Origin: Squalus acanthias
Lineage: Eukaryota
Reading direction: 5' to 3'
DNA length: 64,000 nt
Assembly: GCA_030390025.1 (NCBI GenBank)
Contig: JASTWF010000187.1
Coordinates: 744,001 to 808,000 of the forward strand
Within the stretch, counting starts at the first letter, position 1; every line of letters begins with the position of its first letter. The translations under genes were made by a program, and so were the position numbers. The notes beneath the pieces are model-generated. The model was not told the origin of the DNA and made no database searches. It saw nothing but the letters and a program-made list of their open reading frames with translations. Of the stretch, positions 51,771 through 64,000 are shown in pieces.

Positions 51771-52244
51771 GACTTTCGCTCCCTTTTCCCCTGAAGTGTG
51801 AAACCTTGCCCCTCGCTGTCTCATCTTTGTTTCGGAGCCTCCCGACCACGGGAAGATCTCCAGAGATTTCTGGTTAGACCCGAGAATCTTCCGCCAGTTT
51901 CCTTCTGATGTGGCGATGCTTTTCCTCTAAACTCATGGGGCCCAGGCGTGAGGTCTCCTGTAGTAGAAAAGCACAACGAGCTGCGGGAGGGAAAATCAAC
52001 GGATATACTGAAGGGGCTTGGAAGTAAGATTGGGAATGGATGGATTTTGTGATTAAACTCTGTCTCTGCCCAAACTAACTCCCGCCCCTCTAAGCTACGA
52101 TTACCCTTAGCCATCGCTGTTTCTCCCCGTCTCTCTGTTCTGTCTGCAGGCTCGGCTTTTCTCAGGAGGTGCAGGGCATTTTTTAAGAGGCTGCACAAAC
52201 TGGGGCTCTTTATCGCTGGACGAAGGCTGGAGACGGCCCGTGAC

Positions 52245-52504
52245 ACCCTCTGTATCTACTCCATCAAAACAATTCATAATTTTAAAGACCTCTATTAGGT
52301 CACCCCTCAGCCTTCTTTTTTCAAGAGAAAAGTGACAAAACCTGTTCATCCTTCCCTGACAGGTATACCCTCACATTTCTGGTATCATCCTTGTAAATCT
52401 TCTCTGCACCCTCTCCAGTGCCTCAATAAATTTTTTATAATATGACGAACAGACCTGTACAAAGTGCTCCAAGTGTGGTCTAACCAAGGTCCGATGCAAA
52501 TTTA
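52245..52504 (-). mobile_element. CR1 ORF2 fragment
   Basis: LVRPHLEHFVQ...LERVQRRFTRMIPE and FSLEKRRLRGDLIEVFKIM in the ORF track. Confidence 0.85.
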
Positions 52505-53705
52505 GCACCCGAAAATTAGACCTAATACGCGAGAGTACGCACTGTGCACTCTCGCGTATTAGGTCTCGAATTGCCGGTTTCCTGCATGCACTGCGCATGC
52601 GCGGGAAACCGGCACTTCGTGTGGCTTCACCTGAAGGTATCTCCGTGGAATCGCGTGCGCAGGAGATTCTGCGCGTGCGTCAAGAACTTGGATATTTTAC
52701 TGAATGGTGGTAGTGTGTGTAAGCTCCTAGCAATTACACATGTAAAAAGCAGGAGTAAGCCATTTTCGATGGCTCCGGAGACAGCAGGAGGAATAAATCT
52801 TTTAGCAGTGGGATTACTTAAGTGAGCTTTTGTAAATCGGAAAGCCAGCAAAGTCTTAGGTAAGTTTGCAATTTAAAAAAAAGTTTAAAAACGGGTTTTG
52901 ACCATTTGGAGTAGTATAGCAACTGTGGGTGTGTACAAGGCATATTGATTAAGGTTTCTATCATAAATGTGAAAATGAATGTTTAAAAATGAACTATTTA
53001 CATTTCAAAAAGTTTTAAAGATGAAAATGATCGTCAATTATATTCCTCTAAGTAAGTATGTATGTATGTATGTATGTATGTATGAAAATGTTACAGTTCT
53101 GGAAAATCATCTAGGGCCATGAGGCGGGTAGACGTGTTCCCAATCCGATAGTGCACGTTTCCCACCATAGCCAGACCTGATTTTACAGCCACTCACTTTA
53201 CTAAAGTTACTTTAACAACTATTCCCATTTTTTCATTACAACTTTCTGTTTAAAGAGGAAGCCTGTGAGGGAGAAAGATGCCCTTTCACAATCAATTCCT
53301 GTTCCTCTGTGAGATTTTGTATCAGAGAATTTTAGACGCCAGGCGACAAAACAGACGGAGGAACCAAGCCCGTTTCCTCGTGAGAAGGAGAAACTACTAC
53401 CCACCAAATAGAGTGTACAGGGAGAGGCTGTCATTTGAGATGCTGTCGGAGGAGTTGTGTGTGAGGAGGCTGCGCTTCAGTAAAGAGTCAATGGCCGAAT
53501 CTGTGACATGTTAAAGGATCACCTTCAAACACGCTCGAAGAGCCGCACTGCATTATCAGTGAGCATGAAGGTAACCACAGCACTGAACTTCTTTGCAAGT
53601 GGGACTTTTCAGGCAAGCACCGGTGACATTTTCAACATATCCAAGAATGCTGCGAGGGCCAGCATTCACCAGGTCACAGAAGCCATTTTCCGTAGGGCTT
53701 CAGAG
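52505..53705 (+). mobile_element. Truncated PIF/Harbinger DNA transposon: left end plus N-terminal HARBI1-like transposase (53330-53705, frameshift near 53508)
   Basis: RVYRERLSFEMLSEELCVRRLRFSKE / TALSVSMKVTTALNFFASGTFQASTGDIFNISK..A.ASIHQVTEAI; palindromic subterminal motifs. Confidence 0.8.
53057..53084. repeat. (TATG)7 microsatellite
   Basis: Read directly. Confidence 0.95.
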
Positions 53706-53706
53706 A

Positions 53707-54160
53707 TCGTATTTGAATGGATTCACCACATTTTAACTCCGTGTCTCCCATTCATTCTGATTTTGCTGTTCAATGCTCTGACCGTCAGACACATTCTAGC
53801 GGCCAGCAGAGCCCGCAGGAGACTCCGGGCCCACAGCAATGGGGAGAATCAGAGTGACCCAGAGATGGAGAGCCGGAGAAAGTCCATCGTCTTACTCTTC
53901 TGTGTCTCGGGCAATTTCATCCTGTTACATGTGTTATTACTGAGAACTTTCCTCGCTGTCCAGATTGCGAAAGTTACTTATTTCACATGTTCGATTTCAA
54001 TGAATCAAATTTTATTCTGGAGGAAAGCGGATATATGCTTCAGTTTTTGAGTTCCTGCATCAACCCGTTTATTTATGCAGGGACCCAGAGTAAATTCAGA
54101 GAGGAGTTAAATAATGGGGTGAAATATCCACTGAGTCTCATTGTTAAATTATTGAAATGA
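53707..54160 (+). pseudogene. 3' half (TM5-TM7 and C-tail) of a class A GPCR, GPR139/142-like
   Basis: ILTPCLPFILILLFNALTVRHIL...DPEMESRRKSIVLLF; after a frameshift near 53990, GYMLQFLSSCINPFIYAGTQSKFREEL...* containing NPxxY; stop 54158-54160. Confidence 0.82.
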
Positions 54161-56499
54161 TGAAAATAGTAAAGTATATCATGAATTGTTACTTATATTC
54201 CATGTTGTGTCTTCTTGTCCCTGTCAGACATGGCCTCCCCTCCCAGATACACAGCCACTCACTCTAAGATCCTTACCCAATGTGAATTTAATAATGTATG
54301 AGGAACACTGCATCAGCGCACAATTCAGTGTTGTAATCTGTTCTCAGTTAGTTTCCAGTTCTCTTGTCGGTGCTGACTCGGGCCTGGTACATTCCCACCA
54401 GCCCCGAGAGCCCTAGAGTATCTCTACATTCATGTGGAGTCCGACCTCTGATCGGTGATTGGATATCAAGTTTAACTGTTTAATGAAGGGACCCAATGTC
54501 CCTCCTGGGAATGGTTTGGATCTTGAGGCTCGGACACGCTCTGAAATGGCAGCACGCGCTGTCCCCACGCATTGTTCTCCGCTCACTCGGCACCGCCCCA
54601 CAGCCGCACTCCTGTGTCCAGAAACACAGGAACAGAGGAATTGCTGGAGTATTAAGACACTTTCTGCTCTTTTCAGTGGCCAATTGGGATGACACCCACA
54701 GTGTCATTAAACAAACTAAAATTAATCTAACGAACTTTATAAAGGGGCACAAACAATTATCATAAAAATCATACAAATAGGAATCTGATCAAAGTAAATG
54801 AGAATATTATCTTCGCAATCTTTTATACACCCAAGTCTAGTTCGCTTTCTACCATCCTGGTAGTCCCCCGATACAATGATAATAATGTTGACTAATCACA
54901 GCGATCAATCTCTATCGATTAGTCTACAACAGGCCCAGACATGAGGTGAGGAAAACCCCAGTGGTGGAGAGCTTTAGGAAACATTGGACCACAGTCACCT
55001 GTTCCTCCCAAGTACACTGCACTTACCACATGTCATGTCTCTAATTACTCACATGCTGTGTCCCCAAGTGGTATTCCAGGAATGATATCCAATTAATTTG
55101 TATTTGAATGAATCAACACTAACTGCTTCCACCGTCTCCCTAGGCAGCCTGTCCATAGATTGACCACTCACTCACTGAAATACTGTTTCAGCAGATTGGG
55201 TTTGAATTGACCCCCTTCAAGCCCAGGCCGCGTCCTCTGGTTCTACTGTCTGGACAAGGTGAATTAACTTGTCGTGCTCTACATTATCTGCTCCATTTAG
55301 AATTCTAAAAACAGCAATCATATTACATAGAAACATAGAAACACAGAAGATAGGAGCAGGAGTAGGCCATTCGGCCCCTCGAGCCTGCTCCGCCATTTAA
55401 TGAGATCATAGCTGATCATCCAAATTCAGTACCCTGTCCCTGCTTTCTCCCCATATCCCTTGATCTCTTTAGCCTTACGAACTATATCTAACTCCTTCTT
55501 GAATATATTTAATGAATTGGCCTCAACTGCCTTCTGTGGCAGATAATTCCACAGGTTCACCACTCTCTGGGTGAAGAAATTCCTCCTCATCTCAGTCCCA
55601 AATGGCTTACCCCTTATCCTTAGACTGTGACCCCTGGTTCTGGACTTACCCGCCATCGGAATCATGCTTCCTGCATCTAGTCTGTCTAGTCCTGTTAGAA
55701 TTTTACAAGTTTCAATGAGATCCCCTCTCATTCTTCTAAACGCGAGCGAATAAAAGTCTAACCGACCCAATCCCTCTTCATACGTCATCCCTGCCATCCC
55801 GGGTATCAGTCTGGTGAATCTTCGCCGCAGTCCCTCCATGGCAAGAACATCCTTCCCCAGATAAGGCGACCAAAACTGCACACAATACTCAAGGTGTGGT
55901 CTCACCAAGGCCCTGTAAACCTGCAGCAAAACATCCTTGTTCCTGTACTCAAACCCTCTCGCTACGAAGGCGAAAACACCATTTGCCTTCTTAACCGCCT
56001 GCTGCACATGCATGCTTACCTTCAGCGATTGGTGCACAAGGACACACAGGTCTCGTTGCACCGCCCCTTTTCCCAATCTATTGCCGTTCAGATAATAATC
56101 TGCCTTCCTATTTTTGCCAACGAAGTGGATAACCTTACATTTATCCACATTATGCTGCATCTGCCATGCATTTGCCCACTCACCCAACCTGTCCAAATCA
56201 TACTGGAGTTTCTCTGCATCCTCCTCACAACGCACACGCCCACCCAGCTTTGTGTCGTCTGCAAACTTGGAGATATTACATCTAGTTCCCTCGTCTAAAT
56301 CATTAATATATATTGTGAATAGCTGGGGTCCTAGCACCGATCCCTGCGGTACCCCACCAGTCACTGCCTGCCACTCGGAAAAAAGACCCGTTTATTTCAA
56401 CTATTTTCTTCCTGTCTGCCAACCAGTTCTCTATTCAAGTCAGTACCTTACCCCCAATCCCATGTGCTTTAACTTTGCATGCTAATCTCTTATGCGGGA

Positions 56500-59400
56500 C
56501 ATAGAAACATAGAAACATAGAAAATAGGTACAGGAGTAGACCATTCGGTCCTTCGAGCCTGCACCGCCATTCAATGCGTTCATGGCTGAACATGCTACCT
56601 CAGTACCCCATTCCTGCTTTCTCGCCATACCCCTTGATCCCCCTAGTTGTGAGTGTTATATCTAACTCCCTTTTGAATATATTTAGCGAACTGGCCTCAA
56701 CAACCTTCTGTGGAAGAGAATTCCATAGATTCACCACTCTCTGGGTGAAGAAGTTCCTCCTCAGCTCAGTCTTAAATGGCTTCCCCTTAATCCTTAGACT
56801 GTGACCCCTGGTTCTAGTTTTCCCTAACATTGGGAACATTCTGCCCGCATCTAATTTGTCTAAACCAGTCAGGATTTTAAATGTCTCTATAAGATCCCCC
56901 CTCATTCTTCTGAACTCCAGAGGATACAAGTTCAGTTGACCCAATCTTTCTTGATATGTCAGACTGGCCTCACCAAGGCCCTGTACAACTGCAGCATCAC
57001 CTCCCTACTCCTGTACTCAAATCCCCTTACTATGAAGGCCATCATTCCGTTTGCTTTCTTGACTGCCTGCTGCACTTGCATTCCCACCTTCAGTGACTGA
57101 TGTACCATGACGCCCAGGTCTCGTTGCACCTCCCCTTTCCCTAATCTGCCACCATTCAAGTAATAGTCCGCCTCTCTACTTTTACCACCAAAGTGGATAA
57201 CCTCACATTTATCCACATTGTACTTCATCTGCCATACATTTGCCCATTCACCCAACCTGTCCAAGTCACTCTGTAGCCTCCTAGCATCCTCCTCATTGTT
57301 CACACTGCCTCCCAATTTAGTGTCATCCGCAAATTTGGAGATATTACATTTAATCCCTTCGTCCAAATCATTAATATATAATGTAAACAGCTGGAGTCCC
57401 AGCACCGAACCCTGCGGTACCCCGCTGGTCACTGCCTGCCATTCTGAAAAGTACCCATTTACTCCTACTCTTTGTTTCCTGTGTGCCAACCAGTTCTCAA
57501 TCCACGTCAACACATTACCCCCAATCCCATGTGCTTTAACTTTGCTCACCAATCTCTTGTGTGGGACCTTGTCGAAGGCCTTCTGAAAGTCCAAATACAC
57601 CACATCTACTGGTTCCCCCCTGTCCACCCTATTGGAAACATCCTCAAAAAATTCCAGAAGATTTGTCAAGCATGATTTCCCTTTCACAAATCCATGCTGA
57701 CTTGGACCTATCATGTCGCCACTTTCCAAATGGTCTGTTATGACATCTTTAATAATTGCTTCCATCATTTTACCCACGACCGATGTCAGGCTGACCGGTC
57801 TATAATTCCCTGCTTTCTCCCTCCCTCCTTTTTTAAAAAGAGGGGTTACATTGACCACCCTCCACTCCATCGGAACTGATCCAGAGTCTAAGGAATGTTG
57901 GAAAATGATCGTCAATGCATCCACTATTTCCAAGGCCACCTCCTTAAGTACTCTGGGATGCAGACCATCAGGCCCCGGGGATTTTTCAGCCTTCAGTCCC
58001 ATCAATTTTCCCAATACCTTTTCCCGTCTAATAAGGATTTCCCTCAGCTCCTCCCTCTTACCAGATCCTCTGACCCCTTTTATTTCCGGCAGGTTGTGTG
58101 TGTCCTCCACAGTAAACACCGAACCAAAGTACTTGTTCAATTGATCCGCCATTTCCTTGTTCCCCATTACGACTTCCCCTGTTTCCGACTGCAGGGGACC
58201 TACGTTTGTTTTTACTAACCTCTTTCTTTTTACATATTTATAGAAGCTTTTGCAGTCCATTTTAATGTTCTCTGCAAGCTTCCTTTCATATTTTATTTTC
58301 CCTGCCCTAATCAAACCCTTCGTCCTCCTCTGCTCAGTTTTGAAGTTCTCCCAGTCCCCGTGTTTGCTGCTACTTCTGGCCAATTTGTATGCAACTTCCT
58401 TGGTTTTAATACTATCCCTGATTTCCCTTGTTAGCCATGGTTGAGCCACCTTCCCTTTTTTATTTTTACGCCAGACCGGGATGTACAATTGTTGTAGTTC
58501 ATCCATGCGATCTCTAAATGTCTGCCATTGCCCTTCCACTGATAGCCCCTTAAATATCGCTTGCCAATTTAACCTCACCAATTCACGCCTCATACCCTCA
58601 AAGTTGCCCTTATTTAAGTTCTGGACCATGGTCTCTGACTTAACTGTTTCCTTCTCCATCCTAATGTAGAACTCCACCATACTATGGTCACTCTTCCCCA
58701 GGGGGCCTCGTACCACAAGATTGCTGATTAGTCCTTCCTCATTACACAACACCAGTCCAGGATGGCCTCCCCTCGAGTTGGTTCCTCAACATATTGGTTT
58801 AGGAAACCATCCCTTAAACACTCCAGGAAATCCTCCTCCACCGTATTGCTTCCAGTTTGAGTAGCCCAATCTATATGCATATTAAAGTCGCCCATGATAA
58901 CTGCCGTGCCTTTTTTGCACGCACCTTTGATTTCCTGTTTCATACCCTCCCCCACCTCACTACTGCTGTTTGGAGGTCTGTACACAACTCCCACTAACGT
59001 TTTCTGCCCTTTGGTGTTCTGCAGCTCAACCCATATTGATTCCACATCCTCCAAGCTGATGTCCTTCCTAGCTATTGCATTAAAATCCTCTTTAACCAGC
59101 AATGCTACCCCACCCCCTTTTCCTTTTATTCTATCCTTTCTAAATGTTGAATACCCCTGGATATTCAGTTCCCAGCCTTGATTGTTCTGGAGCCACGTCT
59201 CTGTAATCCCAATCACATCGTATCCGTTAACATCTATTTGCACAGTCAATTCATCCACCTTATTACGGATACTCCTTGCATTAAGACACAGAGCCTTTAG
59301 GCTTGTTTTATTAACATCCTTTGTCCTTTTAGACTTATGATTTAGTATGGCCCTTTGTGTTTCTTGCCTTTGTTTACTCGGCCTTCCCCTATTGTTTCTC

Positions 59401-60708
59401 ACCCTTCTAACATTTGTTTCTGACTGCATATTACTTCCCCCTGTTTCGCTACATAGGTTCCCATTCCCCTGCCATATTAGTTTAAATCCTCCCGAACTGC
59501 TTTAGCAAATATTACCCCGAGGACATCGGTTCCAGTCCTGCCCAAGTGCAGACCGTCCCTTTTGTACAGGTCCCACTTCCCCCAGAACTGGTTCCAATGC
59601 CTCAGGAATTTGAATCCCTCCCTCCTGCACCACTGTTCAAGCCACGTATTCAATCTCACTATCCTGTTCTCTCTATTCTGATTAGCACGTGGCCCTGGTA
59701 GCAATCCAGAGATTACTACCTTAGAGGTCCTACTTTTTAATGTAGCTCCTAGCTCCCTAAATTCTGCTTGTAGGACCTCTTCCCGCTTTTTACCTATATC
59801 GTTGGTACCTACATGCACCACGACAGCTGGCTGGTCACCCTCCCTCTTCAGAATGTTCTGCAGCCGCTCCGAGACATCCTTGACCCTTGCACCAGGGAGG
59901 CAACATACCATCCTGGAATCTCGTTTGCGGCCACAGAAACTCCTGTCTATTCCCCTTACAATTGAGTCCCCTATCACTATAGCCCTACCACTCTTTTCCC
60001 GCCCTGCTGTGCAGCAGAGCCAGCCATGGTGCCATGAACCTGGCTGCTAGTGCCTTCCCGTGGTAGGCCATCTCCCCCAACAGTATCCAAAGCGGCATAC
60101 CTGTTTTGGAGGGAGATGACCACAGGGGTCTCCTGCACTACCTTCCTGATATTGCCCTGCTTCTTGGTCACCCATTCACTGTCTGTCCTAGCCTTTACCT
60201 GCGGTGTGGACAACTCACTAAATGAGCGATTCACCGAGTTCTCGGCATCGTGCATGCTCCAGAGTGAGTCCACCCGCAGCTCCAGCACCGCCATGCGGGC
60301 TGTCAGGAGCTGCAGCTGGACACACTTCCCGCTCCACCTATATACGGTAACCAATGAATTGGCCCCGCCCCCTGCCTTTGAAAAAGCCCGCGAAGCTCTT
60401 ACCCCGCTGGGTAAAAAGGCCACGTAGGTGAGTTTATTGACACACCTCAGGCCTCTGCCGCTCCAACCAGGTCCGCTCCTCCTTCCCCGCTGCCGACCGC
60501 TCTGTGGGAGAGAGAAAGAAAGAAAGGCTCCTCCTCCCCCGCTGTCGACGCTGGTCTGAGGCCTACCTGATCCTCGGGCCTCCCTTTATTGACACACCTC
60601 AGGCCTCTGCCGCTCCAACCAGGTCCGCTCCTCCTTCCCCGCTGCCGACCGCTCTGTGGGAGAGAGAAAGAAAGAAAGGCTCCTCCTCCCCCGCTGTCGA
60701 CGCTGGTC
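56500..60708 (-). mobile_element. Near full-length CR1 LINE (element B) nested in A: ORF1 coiled-coil/SGNH esterase and ORF2 APE-RT, disrupted
   Basis: ORF1 IGDSIVRG...HVGTND...DGLHL (59477-59977); APE (58728-59429); RT 597 aa (56959-58752); frameshifts near 58750 and 59977; internal deletion near 56962. Confidence 0.95.
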
Positions 60709-61355
60709 GAAAGGCTTCTGAAAGTCCAAATACACCACATCCACTGGTTCTCCCTTATCAATTCTACCAGTTGCATCCTCAAAAAATTCCAGTCGATTAG
60801 TCAGGCATGATTTACCTTTTGTAAATCCATGTTGACTTTGTCCGATCCTGTCACTGTTTTCCAAGTGCTCTGCTATTACATCTTTTATAATAGACTCTAG
60901 CATTCCCCCCCCCCCCACCCCCTACAGATGTCAGGCTAACCGGTCTATAATTCCCCGTTTTCTCCACCACCTTTTTAAAATAGTGAGGTTACATTAGCTA
61001 CCCTCCAATCCATGGGAACAGTTCCAGAGTCGATAGAATTTTGGAAGATGACCAGCAATGCATCTACTATTTCTAGGGCCACTTCCTTAAGTACCCTGGG
61101 AAGTAGATTATCAGGCCCTGGGGATTTATCGGCCTTCAATCCCATTCATTTCCCGAACACCATTTCCCTGCAAATACTGATTTCATTCAGTTCCTCCCTC
61201 TCATTAAACCCTATGTTCCCCGACCTCTGTGGGATGTTCTTTATGTCCTCATTTGTGAAGACAGAACCAAAGTATGTATTTAATTGGTCTGCCATTTCTT
61301 TGTTCCCATTATAAATTCCTCTGATTCTGACTGCAAGGGACCTACGCTTGACTTC

Positions 61356-62252
61356 ATAGAAACATAGAAACAAAGAAGATAGGAGCAGGCGTAGGCCCTT
61401 CGGCCCCTCAAGCCTGCTCCGCCATTCGATGAGATCATGGCTGATCATCTAAACTCAGTACCCTGTCCCTGCCTTCTCCCCATATCCCTTGATACCTTTA
61501 GCCTTAAGAAATATATCTAACTCCTTCTTGAATATATTTACTGAATTGACCTCAACTGCCTTCTATTGTAGAAAATTCCACAGGTTCACCACTCTCTGGG
61601 AGAAGAAATTCCTCCTCATCTCTGTCCTAAATGGCTTACCCCTTATCCTTAGACTGTGACCCCTGGTTCTGGGCTGACCCGCCATCGGGAACATCCTTCC
61701 TGCATCCAGTCTGTCTAGCCCTGTTAGAATTTTATAAGTTTCAATGATTTCTCCTCTCATTCTTTTAAACTCCAGCGAGTATAAGTCCAATCGACCCAAT
61801 CTCTCCTCATATGTCATTCCTGCCATCCCAGGCATCAGTCTGGTGAATGTTCGCTGCACTCCCTCCAAGGCAAGAACATCCTTCCTCAGATAAGGCGACT
61901 AAAACTGCACACAATACTCAAGGTGTGGTCTCACCAAGGCTCTATACAGCTGCAGCAAGACATCCTTGTTCCTGTACTCAAACCCTCTCGCTACGAAGGC
62001 CAACATACCATTTGCCTTCTTAACCGCCTGCTGTACCTGCATGCTTATTACCTTCAGCGACTGGTGCACAAGGACACCCAGGTCTCGTTGCACTTCCCCT
62101 GCTCCCAATCTATTGTCGTTCAGATAATAATCTGCCTTTCTGTTTTTGCCACCAAAGTGTATAACCTCGAATTTATCCACATTATAATGCATCTGCCATG
62201 CTTCTGCCCAATCACTCAAACTGTCCAAATCATACTGGAGTTTCTATGCATC
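61356..62252 (-). mobile_element. 5'-truncated CR1 (element C) nested in A
   Basis: ORF2 C-terminal fragments 61563-62228; 3' tail reads (CATAGAAA)n on +; very similar to the 3' end of A. Confidence 0.92.
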
Positions 62253-63864
62253 TAATTCACTAATCTTTTTCTATTCGCATATCTATAAAAGCTTTTACAG
62301 TCAGTTTTTATGTTCTCTGCAAGCTTACTCTCATACTCTATTTTCCCACTCTTAATTAATCCCTTTGTCCTCCTTTGCTGTATCCTAAACTGCTGCCAAT
62401 CCTCAGGTTTGCTGCTTTTTCTGGCCAATTTATACGTCTGCTCCTTGGAACTTATGCTATCCCTAATTTCCCTTGTTAGCCACGGTTGAGCCACCTTTCC
62501 TGTTTCATTTTTATGCCAAACAGGGATGAACAAATTCTATAGTTCATCCATGCAATCTTTAAATGTTTGCCATTGCCTATCCACCGTCAACCCTTTAAGT
62601 AACGTTCCCCAATCCATCCTCGCCAACTCGCGCCTCATACCATGTAGTTTCCTTTATTTAAATTCAGGACCCTAGTCTCTCAATCAACTACTTCACTCTC
62701 CATCTGAATGAAGAATTCTATCATATTATGATCGCTCTTCCCCTTGGGACCTCGCACAACAAGATTGTTAATTAATCCTTTCTCATTACATAATACCCAG
62801 TCTAAGATGGCCTGATCTCTCGTTGGTTCCTCGACATATTGGTCCAGGAAACCATCCCGTATACACTCTAGGAATTCCTCCTCCACAGTATTGTTACTAA
62901 TTTGGTTAGCCCAATCTATATGCAGATTAAACTCACCCATGATAACTTCTGTGCCCTTATTGCACGCATCTCTAATTTCCTGTTTAATGCCATCCCCAAT
63001 CTCACCACTACTGCTTGGGGGTCTGTATACAACTCCCACTAACGTTTTCTGCCCCTTGGTATTTCGCATCTCTACCCATACAGATTCCACATCATCCAAG
63101 CTAATATCCTTCCTTACTATTGTGCTAATCTGCTCTTTAATCAGCAACGCTACCCCACCTCCTTTTCCTTTTTGCCTGTCCGTCCTGAATATTGAATACC
63201 CCTGGATGTTGAGTTCCCAGCCTTGGTCACCCTGGAGCCATGTCTCCATAATCCCAATTATATCGTATCCATTTACATCTATTTGTGCAGCTAATTCATC
63301 CACCTTCTTACGAATGCTCCTCGCATTAAGACACAAAGCCTTCAGGCTTGTGTTTTTAACACTCTTAGTCCTTTTAGAATTATTTTTAACTGTGGCCCTG
63401 TTTGATTTACACCCTTGATTTCCCTGCCTTCCATTTTTGCTTTTCTCCTTCCTATCTTTTGCTTCTATCCTTGCTTCCCTTTCCTCTGTCTCCCTGCACA
63501 GGGTCCCAACCCCCTGCCATTTTAGTTTAAAACCTCCCCAACAGCACTAGCAAACACTCCCCCGAGGGCATCGGTCCCGGTCCCGTCCAGGTGCAAACCG
63601 TTCAGTTTGTACTGGTCCCACCTCCCCCAGAACCGGTTCCAAGGTCCCAGGAATTTGAATCCCTCCCCCATGCACCATTCCTCTAGTCACGTATTCATCT
63701 AAAATATCCTGCTATTTCTACTCTGACTAGCACGTGGCACTGGTAGCAATCCTGAGATTACTACCTTTGAGGTCCTATTTTTTTAATTTACCTCCTAACT
63801 TCCTATATTCAGCTTTAGGACCTCATCCCAGTTTTCTGGCCCATTGAATTAAATGTCTGATATA

Positions 63865-64000
63865 ATGTCCCAGAAATTCGACGCTTATCGGGTGAGTACG
63901 CGCTGGGTACTCACCCGTAAGGGCACTTGAAGTGCCGGTTTCCTGCATGCACTGCGCAAGCGCGGGAAACTGGAACGTCCGATCTCGTGAAGGGAGGGGT
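63865..64000 (+). mobile_element. Left end of a Harbinger-related element, continues beyond the window
   Basis: GTCCCAGAAATT terminus-like sequence, hairpin CGGGTGAGTAC..GTACTCACCCG, and GCCGGTTTCCTGCATGCACTGCGC motif shared with 52573 and 39242. Confidence 0.7.

Larger units (their letters stand above)
55325..63830 (-). mobile_element. Host CR1 LINE (element A) in three pieces: 55325-56499, 60706-61357, 62255-63830
   Basis: RT C-terminus ORF 55426-56364; RT N-part 60706-61350; APE endonuclease ORF 62680-63336; ORF1 esterase end near 63525-63830; pieces are colinear once the inserts are removed. Confidence 0.9.

Noticed and set aside
56500-60430. Intact, autonomous CR1
   Set aside because: Frameshifts near 58750 and 59977 and an internal deletion near 56962 disrupt both ORFs.

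Overview
Cartilaginous-fish (shark-type) genomic DNA. Bases 1-27270 are a 15-bp satellite (CTGATAYACTGTGTC) with kb-scale higher-order structure. Its core is the RAG recombination-signal heptamer (CACAGTG/CACAGTA on the minus strand); the many ORFs tracked there are artefacts. About 750 bp downstream lies a complete + strand IgM heavy-chain cluster with an already joined VDJ and no RSSs: leader, VDJ, Cmu1-4, secretory tail, TM1, putative TM2. As assembled it is a pseudogene: TAG in FR2, a 1-nt frameshift at the start of Cmu2, and a frameshifted secretory tail that ends in a new penultimate Cys. Introns and 3' flank contain several minisatellites, two giant palindromes, a Deu-type SINE and CR1 fragments. 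One palindrome is a Penelope-like element carrying hammerhead ribozymes, with a covarying third hammerhead copy at 48360; the other is a Harbinger-related foldback. Further downstream are a Harbinger-transposase/GPR139-like GPCR chimeric ORF and three nested CR1 LINEs. Family assignments come from recalled motifs, not database searches.
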